Assembly: GCA_000165425.1 (NCBI GenBank)
Contig: CT868097.1
Span: 316,867-380,866, forward strand
Source of the DNA: Paramecium tetraurelia
Taxonomy: Eukaryota
Reading direction: 5' to 3'
Length of the DNA: 64,000 bases
The position numbers were made by a program, and so were the translations under genes. Every line of letters starts with the position of its first letter. The first letter of the stretch is position 1. A model generated the notes under the pieces. That model saw nothing but the letters and a program-made list of their open reading frames with translations, ran no database searches and had not been told where the DNA came from. Positions 53,129-64,000 of this stretch are shown here, one piece after another.

Positions 53129-55659
53129 TCATATAGGTTTTTCCAGAATTTATCTTATTTTAACTGAATTGAACTTCGCCCAATAAGAAAATGTATACCT
53201 ACTTGCATGGTCAATTTTTTATTGAAAATATTTTGGGTATTTCTTAAACTATTTTTCATACTCTTTAACCATATTATCTATATTATTATTTTACTTATAC
53301 ACAGTAAAACAATAATATTAGTCAATTTCTGCAGTAACACTTAAGTTTTTAGTTTTAAACTCATCTAACATCATTTGCTACTTCTCTGTATTATAACCTT
53401 CGTCGATAATCTAGCATGAATTAGATTGTTTTTCTATAATATGTTTTTATGAAGATATTTTCTAACTTTTATGATCCAATTTGGATTCATATAAAGTATA
53501 CGAATTTCTTTAATCTTCTTAACTTAGTATTTTAATAGATTCGTTATCGTCAAATAATTAAGCACAATTTTGTATTTCTTCTTGGGCAAGGAGAGTATTG
53601 AATTATCTTCGAGATTATCTTTTAATATTTCTCTCTCTTCTCTACTATTATTTGAAATATTCTTATTTTATTATTCTTTCGATATCTGGCTTATAGAAAT
53701 TATTGGGACAATTTAAACTAATATGATGATATTGATGGCAGAATCTGCATTTTAAGTTTATTTATTAGAGATTTGAGTCGAATATAATATCATCCTTGAT
53801 TTAATGAAATTTTTCAAAATCCCTTTGATTAAATTTGAGTATTTCCAAAAATTTCGATCTTTCAATTTTGTATACTTTGCAAAGTGTATTTGCTTTAACC
53901 TTTACATTCACATTGAAACCTGTAAAAAAACTGTAATCTCCAAAGGTATCACCCTCATTGAGTATTTCTATTTATGAATTGCTTTATTTTTCCATGACTG
54001 TTGCAGTTCCTGAATGAAAAAAGTAGCTTAAATTATCAAATTTTATACAGCGAAGAATCAAAGTCATGGATAAAATCACCGGGAAGAAATGTCTACAATT
54101 CACTTTCTTAACCTATGAATTGCTATGTTTACAATGAAAACAGTTGTAATGGTTTAATTTTTTTCATTATTGTCATTTTGATATCAACAGTGAGTTGAGT
54201 TTTGAGACTTGAAGGGAGATAAGCATATATTTTATCTATCTTTTATCTAAATAATTTTGCATACATCTTCTTAACTCCCAAACACATCCTCCTGATAATG
54301 AAATTGCAAATAATTCCGTATCCTACTTTATAATTCCGGCTCAATATTGTTATTCCGCATATGCTAGTTTATCAGAATTAGTGATTTTCTAGGATTTAAT
54401 TCCAATAATTACTTATATCGTTATTTTTGATCATAAATTAGTTTCAAAATGTACCCAATCGAATTCATTGAATATGCAAAGGTGCAACTACTAATGAACA
54501 TCATTATAATTGAAGATACAACCTCGTAATGATTCTGTGCCGTGATATCTCCATACCCAACTGTTGCCATCGTCATGGTTGCCCAATACAAAGAATAGGC
54601 ATACCTTAACCAAAGGGTTTCATCTAGTAGATGTTCCTTAATCAACCAAGAGTGACCAAATTTTTGACTAGTCAGTTCCCCCATATAATACCAAAAACAT
54701 GCCATTGTGTGAGCAACAAAATAGACACTTAAGATTACATTTATTAAATCTAAGATTTAACTCAATCCTCCTCTTAAATAGAATTATTCATATTAAATAG
54801 TAATCTTCTTTCTGATTTGCTTAAAAATGATGAGCATTTAAATTATAGTAATAAACTCATTTACTTAATAATCGAAGTAAAAGAGTGACCACATAACCAG
54901 ATTTAATATCTCTGTAAAGAAAGTATATTAGAAATAGTTTTTAATAATTTGCAGTCTGTCATAGATTACCTATATAAGGATTAGAGTCTTACCTCTCCTT
55001 TTTAAATGAACCCTCGATTTAAACTAATTATAAAGTCAAACACTGCATACAATGCGATTATGGCAACTAAATATTTGAAAATCTCTTGATCCATTTCTCT
55101 CTCTTTATGTTATTGCAAAAAGCAAGCTAGAAAGGGACATAGCCATAAACTTAAAGCGATAACACTTATTCCAACCAGATCCCAAAAAATTAAAAAGAAT
55201 GATCCAGGTTAAATAACATAGCTGTTATCCTTCTGCAATAATTCCTCTATAATTTATGTAATTATAAATACAATCATTTTTATTTTTAAGATTCATAGAT
55301 AAGTAATTTTCCTACAGATAATCATTATTACTTTATTTAACATACGCTCGTTAGTAGAGATTCGATAAAAATCTTGTAATGAATTATTTTTATTGTATGA
55401 ATTTCAAAAATTTTGGTTTCAAGTGCAATTTTAAAATGGAGGAACGAGAGATATATGTTTGTTGTAATTTCGTTCTAGAAGGGTGTCTTTAAGGAATAGT
55501 CTATCTTTATTGTCCTTCATTTAAACAGTTGATCAAGCTTTCCTCTGATTGTATGAAAGATGGCATTTTTTCTTTCTGATAAATTTACTTGATAACATCA
55601 AAAGGCCCGATTGAAACTCTAGGACTTCTCTGACTAGGAGTGATAAACACTTAATCCAT
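53129..55659 (-). CDS. K+ channel of the cyclic-nucleotide-binding-domain (EAG/HCN-like) family
   Basis: FLIFWD in S1, AHTMACFW in S5, pore YSLYWATMTMATVGYGDIT, C-linker, CNBD LNEGDTFGDYSFFTG..VKANTLCKVYKIERSKF. Confidence 0.92.
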
Positions 55660-55745
55660 TAATAAATTCAAGAATAATTTATATATATAAATATAATTTT
55701 TATAATTGAAAATCTACAAACTGAATGTAAATTTTATTATCTAGA

Positions 55746-57380
55746 TCATTTTTCTCTCATCACTAAGCTGTATCTCATACTATTTTTATGGCATTTCTTG
55801 ACAATCAAATAAATAATGATTAAAAAGCCAAAAGAAACTAATAACGAAGCAATAACATAAACAACCCTCATTAAAACATCAAATGGACACTTCACTTTAC
55901 CTTCAAGACTTTTCAACCTATCATCACACGTATTGTAAAAGAAGAGCTGACTACTTTTTTCAAAAGCTCTAATAATTATGCAGGTTCTTAATTGAGAATC
56001 TTAAATTTCAATATTGGTGTAGTGATTCTTCCCCAACCAAGGTCCAAATGTTAATGGCTAAGTCTTGCAAGAACCTGACTTATCCAACGATCCACACATT
56101 GTTTCTTAGAGTCCATACTTGTATTTGAGGCCTAGATGTTGAATATAAGAATTATATCCATTTTTCATAGCAGTCATATGAGAATCACTACTGACAATCA
56201 ACACTTATTTCTCTAAAACCTCCTGAATATTCTATAACTTATCAGCTATTAATAGTTATTCATGAGGAAACATATCCCATGTTTCTCCATGGAAATTCAC
56301 AGAAGATATGAAAATGACTGCTTAAATCCAATCTGTTATAGCTACTTTATCTAATATTGTTATTAGCCATTCTCTTTATTATTTTCCTAAAATAGACCTT
56401 GCATTTGAGAAGTTCCCAAATTGATCTCCTAAGACTTCTAAATTTTGAAATGTTCTTAAATCAACAGTGATTATTATGGTTCTTCCAATAATTTGATATC
56501 TATAGGATCCAATATTTTCTTCATTTATTTCCTCTATGTTCTTCACTTCTTATGGGAATTGTGGTAACTCTTCGTCTTGAAATAGAGGTCGATAATTATG
56601 TAGATTCCCATGAGGAACGTATTTCCAATATAATAAATTGGCAGTATTTCTGGTAGGACTGTTTCCATCGGCATCATTTTTCCCAAAATCATGGTCATCA
56701 AATTGATATTCGATTGGTACTTATTGATATCTATATAATTAGTGGATTGTAATACAAATATCTCTATGTAGTGGAACCGAAGACTTGCTTATAAGCAAAG
56801 TCAAATTCATCAACAGAATCGGTATTTATATCTCTGTAATGCAAATCACCTAGCATGAAAAAGAATTGGGGATAGGTATTTTAATATATATCAAGAAAAA
56901 TAGTACTGATTGATGCAGTTCTTGCACAACCTGAGGCACTAAAATTAAAAGTGTACGGTTGTCCGATCAATCCAAAAGTTTTGAATGAAAACATTGGTTA
57001 TTCAAACTCAGTTGTAAATTCGTAATCTTTTTCTTTGTTGTACACAGTCTTCAGATATTCAGGTGTAATGTTCTCAATATCATAGAACTCAAATATATAG
57101 AAATACTAAGTATTAGGTTAAAGATTCTGAAATTAAAGTATAATTGGTGATTCATTGCTTTGATTGACTTTAAGTCTGTTCATAATTCATTTATATACTA
57201 TGAAAAGTTTTCAATATTTTTCAGATCCCAAGAAATAATCCTAAAGTTAAGCATTGAATCCTGTCTTGTAAACACTTTCATTGTTATGGAATTAGATGTT
57301 AAATTACCTTTCCAGTGAAACAATATAGCATCTTCATATTGCAATGCTGCAATCATCTCAAAAATTAAAAAGAAAAGCAT
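55746..57380 (-). CDS. PhoD-like alkaline phosphatase/phosphodiesterase, type-I membrane anchored
   Basis: Signal peptide; SGCAR, MLGDLHYRD, FDDHDFGKND, VDLRT, SSDSH metal-site motifs; C-terminal TM helix and short tail. Confidence 0.82.
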
Positions 57381-57409
57381 TTATAATAATTTTAATATCA
57401 TTATATATG

Positions 57410-58564
57410 TCAGTTACTATTGATGGTATTCTCTTCCTCAATATAATAAGGATCTGGTGTTTGTTTTTTTCTGAGAAACATGTCCTTGGGGAACTCTCTA
57501 AGATTCTTGCTTTTCCCATTAATGAAGCTTTAAACTAATTACTCCTATTGCTCTTCGGATGACTAGATGGAGTTGTGACAAACCTTTGAAATAGACTTCC
57601 TTCGGTTCTTATCATAGAGTTAATAATTGAAGTCAGTAGAATCCTCTAATTCTTCTTCCTAAGTGTTGTTACTTAACTCCGAAGAGGAGTGGGTTGGTTT
57701 GGATTCATCCTCCCACTCATATTGTTGTCTTACTCTTTCCTGATTCTTAACATCTCTCAATATTTTGTCACATAATTGATTTCCTTTTTGACATTTGCAT
57801 TTGATCTATAACATCTCTACAGTCTTCTTAACAGCCAACAATGAATTTTGATTGTCTATTTTCTGTTTGGCTAGCAATTCTTCAAGCCAAGCATTTTATT
57901 AAACTAGTTTTTAATATTAAATTGTAAATTCCTTCTGCATCATTTTGATCTTACTTTTGAGATCAATCTCCTTCTATTTGTATTAGTTTAATTAATTAGC
58001 TAGCAATCTGTTTGATAATGTAGTTTCTTTTAATTTTTATTCCAACTGAGATTATTTATTAACTGAAAGTCTGAAAAATCTAACATCTGAATGTTTGTGA
58101 TATTCAATAGCATTCTCAACAAACTTAAGAAAGTCACTCTCATTATTCTTATTCACACTGTCTCTTTGTATTGATTCCTTCATAAAATCACTGTCACTCC
58201 TGGAGTTGTTCAATTTAAAAAACTAATCAAATAGTTTTTCTCCTTCCAATTCCTCCATATCATTGATGGGAGTACCATGTCTGTATGAATGTTACTTGTT
58301 GTCGAGAGTAGACTTGGCTCTTTGATGCTTCAGATCCACACTAGGTTTGCGTTTCTAGATCAAAGACTCAATGTATTATAAGTTGTTTCTGTTCATGTCT
58401 TCAAATAACCCAAATGACTACTAATCATTTGGAGACTTTTTATGTCTGAGTTCTCTTGAACTTATTAAAAAAACATCTTACTTGCATAATTTATGCCCTG
58501 CTTTCCTGACAGTTAACTTAGTGACATTAAATTAAATTTTATTTTATAAAACCAAAATACCCAT
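57410..58564 (-). CDS. Hypothetical coiled-coil protein
   Basis: Long open frame MGILVLQNKIQF...EEENTINSN* under the ciliate code. Confidence 0.65.
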
Positions 58565-58690
58565 CAATACACTTTAATTTATATAACAAACACCCTATCC
58601 ATTATACTGTTTCTGTTTTTCATTATCAATGCAAACAAAAGTGTTGAGTTCTATGCAAATATTAATTAATTTTTTATTATTTCTTATTTA

Positions 58691-60669
58691 ATGATGCCAA
58701 AACTAAGTCGAGAGAATACGATTAGCAATGCAAGTTGTCTCCCGAGACATCTGAATATACAAGGGTTCCAAAAGTTCAACATCAAGTCCAATTCTCCAAG
58801 AACATTATAGGCTTGTTAAGAATTGGGCATTGATCCAATTGTTTTAGAATTAAAGTAAGCTCAATGATGTATACAAGAGAAGAATCAGATTTCAAATAAA
58901 ATGATTTAGATGAGGAAATCATTTAACTCAGATACTAACATTACTTAAACAGAGTTCATTGTATATGATCAATAATAATTATAATAGAACTGTTCACAGA
59001 AATAACTCAAAGAAGGAAAGAGATAATCTAGAGGCAGAGACAAAAACTATTGAATAATAATGCCTCAATTGAATCCCTAGATAGATCAAAGACAATCAAG
59101 TTGTAATAATCACTCGATTAATCAGAGTAATTCTCCTCATTTAATTTAGGGTTCGTCGATAAATTGATACAATCTATAACAGAACAGTTTCCTTCTTGCA
59201 CTAGAAGAGCGAATCTCCAACCAAAGATCAATTTGTAGGAGATGTTTATGATCTCAATTAATTGGAAGGGGGAATCGAAAAAGAGATTGATAGATACAAT
59301 AAACATAAAAAATAAAAAATAGTAAATTATTAAAACCTATAGCTCAACATAGAGAGAGGCACAGCTCAAGTTGCAAGAAGATGCAAAAAGGTTATAATTG
59401 ATAGACAAGTGGAAATAAAAGGACTCACAAATTTTAGATTAGATTTTAAAGAGACAATATGCATTTAAATAAAAGATGAAGGCTTCAAGCAGTGGAAGAA
59501 AAACTCCCTTGCAAAAAATACCGTAATTTACAGATCCAAAATCATTCAAAAGGGATAGTGAAACTAAAATTGACAAGTAAATAACTATCTTAAATTAAGA
59601 GGAGATACGTCATTGTAAAAAACCATGTACAGAACTAGAATTGATGATTCTAAGATTAAATAAAGAAGAGAGATGGTCATTTAAAGAAAGGAAGTACTCA
59701 ACAAACTTGAAGATTTGGAGTTATAAAAAGACCTTGAGAAGTTGTAAATGAAATTAACTTAAAGCGAAAAATTATCTAAATAGTAAGCACAAATCAAAGT
59801 TGAAAGAATCAAGGAGTAATATTTTAGAGAATAATAATTAATTTAATAATAAAAGGAAATTAATGTTGTTTAATCTCAAGAACATTTGAGTGCTATGATT
59901 AGTAAAATGATCAATAAAGAGCAAGAATTTAGAGGATTACTATAATCTTAATTGATGTCAGAATTAGAAAAAAAACAATTATAAAAAGAAAAATAGTAGA
60001 AAATTAAGTAGAATCAAAATGATCTATTTAAGGATCAGGAGTAATTATAATTAATAATCTTAGCAAAAAATTAAAATAATTAAATGATAAATTTAGTAAA
60101 ATTGAAGAACAAAACAAATTAAGAAAATAAGAATTAGACCATAAAATACTTTTAAAATAGGAATTAAGAAAGCTAAAAGAATAGGATAAATTAGACAATT
60201 ATGAGAGGTAGAAAAGACAAAATGATTATAAAATGATGACTCTTTATATGAAATCCAAATTTATTGAAGAAAAAAATCAACTAAAATAATATCAAAATGT
60301 ATTGATTTCAATTAAATATAGGAAGTCATTTAAAAAACTTCTATGGAAATAAACAAGTAGGAAATATAAGAAAGATAAAGAATATATTCACAACTTTAGG
60401 AATTGAGCGATAATTTATTGAACTATAAAGTAATCAATTTTAATAATCCTTAGAGTGTTTCATAACATGAATCGAGATAGAAACAAGACCAAGCAAAATT
60501 CAAAAGTGTCAAGTAATTCATTTATTTAATTTCTAGATTACTTAAGAAGTTTGCTAAATTAGAAGATCCCAACATTGAGCAGCATACTTAAGTACTCTTA
60601 ACAATGCTTTAACCTAAACCTGTAGAAACTAATAATTCTAATAGAAAATTAAGTGTTCACAAAAAATGA
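58691..60669 (+). CDS. Coiled-coil protein with SPRTLQACQELGIDP motif (CCDC177/DUF4659-like N-terminus)
   Basis: Motif near 58795-58835 followed by a long Q/K/E-rich coiled coil; multiple introns. Confidence 0.65.
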
Positions 60670-60849
60670 CGATATCTTATTTTAGTAAATTTATTTAAAA
60701 TTTTATCAATAAAATTACACCAATAATTGCTTTTAATTTATTTAAATCATTTATCATTCTGAAATAGTCAATTTTATTATTCGAACAGAATTTATTAGCA
60801 AAATACTTTATATTTATTCGTCTTTGTTATCTATTCATTTGAATAATAA

Positions 60850-61293
60850 ATGGATAATGAAATCCAAATCTAAACCAAAGTCAAACGAATTAAGGAAAGA
60901 TATGTGCATGAAGCTATGTTTTTGGTTGAGTAATGGAGGTATATATTAAATATATTTAAGTAGAAGCTTATACCAACAAACTTATATCGAAAATGGAAGA
61001 TAATTAAAACTTACTTTAGATAAAGCTGCTGAGATCGTAGGAGTCCCTAGAAAAACCTTGGAAGATTACTACTATTAATTGAAGAAAGCAGAGACTCTAA
61101 GTAAGACTTTATAATATAGTTAGTTGACCTTTAAAATTTTAAGAATTGCAAGATAGGTGTGATTCGAAGAATTGTTAAAGAGAGCAAAAAATAACAAGAA
61201 ACCACAACTCATTTGATTGATACAAATGATTTTTTTTTATAAGAAAATGAAACTAATAACTATAGAAAAAACAGTTTTGAATATGATGATTGA
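60850..61293 (+). CDS. Small ciliate-type helix-turn-helix protein
   Basis: KRIKERYVHEA..VEQWR..TLDKAAEIVGVPRKTLEDYYYQLKKA..KIGVIRRIVK; two introns. Confidence 0.78.
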
Positions 61294-62196
61294 TTTTACT
61301 AAAAATAGTGTTTACTGGAGCCACAATGATTATAAATGTCGTATATAGTCTATCACTTATTATCCAGTATAATTTCTTAATCTTCCAACATTCCAATTAA
61401 CTTTTACGTGCTCGTTTTTCTAAATTATGATTGTGGAGATATTACGTTTTCTATATACTTGCAATTGCAATATACACACAACACTTTAAGATGTATTTAA
61501 TTTCTTATGCCCCCTTTTTAAATGGATTTAAATCAGAAAATAGATATAAAAAGATCACCTATTATGCATTTATGTTCATAATGTAGTTCAATCTGCCTGT
61601 TAGTTTGCTATTATCTAAATTAGACATTCCAGAAAGGAAACAATTAAATACTCACATGAAAATGAATCTAAAGTCATAGACATCATAAAAACCCTAGATT
61701 ATAAAGAAACAGAGTTAAAGATTTTGTATATTCGTTAATATAAAAATAACTCTAATGTTTATTTCGTAAATTGCCTTCCATTGTTAGAAAATTCGAAAGC
61801 CTTGAATGATATTGGTATCTGGATAATAATTAACCCTCTGAATATATTTAGTTCCTAAATAAATCTAAGAGCAAGAAAACATTTTTGTACAATTGCAGTT
61901 CAAAATTGCACTTGCATATTTCTGTGGATGTGTCTGTTGAGATTCATTTTTTAATAACTCAAATAAACTAAAGTTCTTCATTTCCTTAATTTAACAATAG
62001 GTTTGCAAGAACTTTGATAATGGAAATTTATAATTAATACTAAAATATAAGTTAGTGATTGAAATTATGTGAGAAATACAAATAAAGTAAAATTAGATCT
62101 ATATAAATAATATAATACTCTACATTCTCTGTTGGAAACGTGTTAAATAGATTAAATTGTTAGTTAAATTTATATTATATATAAATTTATAAGTTG

Positions 62197-63186
62197 ATGA
62201 AAAAAATAATAAGTTCAATAGGTAATTAATGTTCATATTAAGAATTCAGGTGATTATCCTCCTTTTGAATTTAATGGGAAAAGAATTCCAATCACCGCTT
62301 TAATATGTAATGAACCTCTATCGCAAAAGGAGAAACAATCAAATTATAAAACCACGAAATACTCAAATTAATGTCGGTAAGACAAAAACAGATCAAAATC
62401 TACTCCACCTTCTCTGAGAGAGTTGTTGACTGATACATTTACCATCACATTGACAGAAAGGACATTGCCTTCAAAAAAACTTTCGATTTTACTTCCATTT
62501 AAAAATGCTGTTGAAAAGATAAGATCAAAAAATAGAGAAATCCTTACTCGAAGAAAATCTTGTTATGGAACCTTGTTTGGAAACAATTAACAAAAATAAA
62601 TGATAAATTTTTAGACTTCGATTGAAATGCATAAGAAAATTAATGGGAAAGAATTTGCACTCTCAAGTTTTGCTGATTTATTAAAAAAAAATTAAAGGAA
62701 AAGCACTAAACGTCCTAGTCTTACTCGTAAACTCTCGAAATAAATGTCCTTAGTTGGTAAAGTTTATAAATGTAATTTCAAGAATATGATAATATGGAAA
62801 GACCTCCTTCATGTAAAACCCCTCGAGAATCTAAGGTTATTTTATTTAAAAAGAAGAATTCAACAACCCAAATTAAGGAGAAATACATCTAAGGATAAAG
62901 GCTTAAATTGTCTCATTTCATGAATGATTCTAAGTCTAGAAAAATGTAATTAAATACAATTCCCTTCAAAAATTAAATTAAATCCAGAGGGGAAACTATG
63001 AAATTGAAAACCTGCATGACAGAATTATTCAGTACTTAAAGAAGTCCAATCTCAAGTAATAGAACTACCACTTATACCAGACCTTATTAAAAATAGAATG
63101 AATTACTCTCAAAATTAATAAGAACTGAGCACAAAAGCAGATCCAATTACTTCCCTAAATCAACTATTAATGCATTCGGTTTTTGA
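62197..63186 (+). CDS. Hypothetical basic low-complexity protein
   Basis: DYPPFEFNGKRIPIT...LTRRKSCYG...KSTINAFGF*; intron near 62222-62249. Confidence 0.6.
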
Positions 63187-63240
63187 TTTATATGAAAATT
63201 TTCCTATTAATTTACAGTTAAAATTTAAAATAAAAATTAC

Positions 63241-64000
63241 ATGTAGGATTATAGAGGCAATTTCAAGAGAATTGAATTTGGAGTGCAATAGACTCCTGTT
63301 AAATCTACGACCAATATGAATGATTTTCAGTCTTCTTAAAAATTAAAATATGAGTAAATGAGCAATAAACCCTAATCAGTCAATGTTAGTTTTGTTAATG
63401 CTCCTGTTACGATGGTATCGAAAGAGCTATTCACATTATAAATACCAGTTAAAGTTAAATAATTGACTGATGATTGGAACACATAATTAACTTTGAAAAT
63501 GATTATGCAATCAAACCAATAAGCACATGGATAAACATTAAGAATTGAATTGACAGATGATACAAACTTGTCATTTTTACAAATATTGGATTTAAATGAG
63601 GGAGAGTTTTTGGCATTGAAAAACGAATAAAGTTTACACGTAGACTTTGCAACATTTCCAATGAAATTAGCAGACCTATTATAATTATGCATAAATAGTT
63701 AAAGAGATGAAAAAGTAAAGTATATAATTAAAGAGATTATTTTAGCTTCTACGTTTCTTTGGAAACCAAGAATGGAGAATCAACCCTTGCAGTAATTGAG
63801 AATAACGAATTCAAGAAATTAACTCATTTATCATTGAGATTAAGAAGTGCTACAGATGATATACTAAAATACTTCTTAGCAAATAAATTGGCAATAGAAC
63901 AATAGGAGAATGAACAATTGTACAAAAAAACCAAGAAATTGACAGAGCAATTGGAAGAGAAATAATGGGAACTAGAGAATTTGAAATCTGAAGTCAGAAA
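63241..64000 (+). CDS. SAS6: Centriole/basal-body cartwheel protein SAS-6 (3' truncated by window)
   Basis: PISA motif LRIELTDDTNLSFLQILDLNEGEFLALKNEQSLHVDFATFPMKLADLLQLC; dimerisation loop IENNEFKKLTHLSL; start of coiled coil; intron near 63720-63746. Confidence 0.92.

Noticed and set aside
61300..62050. Possible minus-strand gene
   Set aside because: Competing frames with no identifiable product; unresolved.
706..63692. Many supplied ORFs on the opposite strand or in alternative frames (e.g. 4920-5195, 10212-10439, 28228-28569, 36489-36731, 36876-37283, 63372-63692)
   Set aside because: Shadows of real genes produced by translating with the wrong genetic code.
1..64000. CRISPR arrays, transposases, tRNA/rRNA genes, retained IESs
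   Set aside because: None recognised by eye; eukaryotic macronuclear DNA. IESs cannot be called without germline comparison, and tRNAscan/Infernal were not run.

Overview
AT-rich, gene-dense eukaryotic DNA read with the ciliate nuclear code (TAA/TAG = Gln, TGA the only stop) and interrupted by tiny 20-30 nt GT-AG introns. This is the signature of a Paramecium macronuclear chromosome (probably P. tetraurelia; inference). The supplied standard-code ORF track therefore shows only fragments. Retranslating by hand gives about 35 genes: the 3' 9.35 kb of an axonemal dynein heavy chain, actin, a CREST/TMEM8-like membrane protein, CKS, GH20 hexosaminidase, importin-9-like, kelch phosphatase PPKL, RPS8, an AGC kinase, a TBC Rab-GAP, a tail-anchored TPR protein, a syntaxin, a ZIP transporter, an LRR protein, PTEN-like, a GYG/CNBD K+ channel, a PhoD-like phosphatase, an HTH protein, SAS-6 (truncated by the window) and several hypotheticals. 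There is a 150-N assembly gap. Best leads: (1) an intronless, His-rich protein of six ~50-aa repeats (probable double beta-trefoil) with high-expression codon bias, behind a 3.2-kb gene-free stretch and followed by a decaying tandem paralog; (2) an 85-aa protein with PP1-docking motifs (RVxF-type x2 plus GILK) tail-to-tail with the PP1-like PPKL phosphatase; (3) a PTEN with Asn at the catalytic WPD-loop Asp position; (4) a myomaker/TMEM8-like CREST protein. Seven single-base insertions in conserved genes are most likely assembly errors. All family calls come from motif recognition by eye, without database searches. Starts and intron positions of the hypotheticals are approximate.
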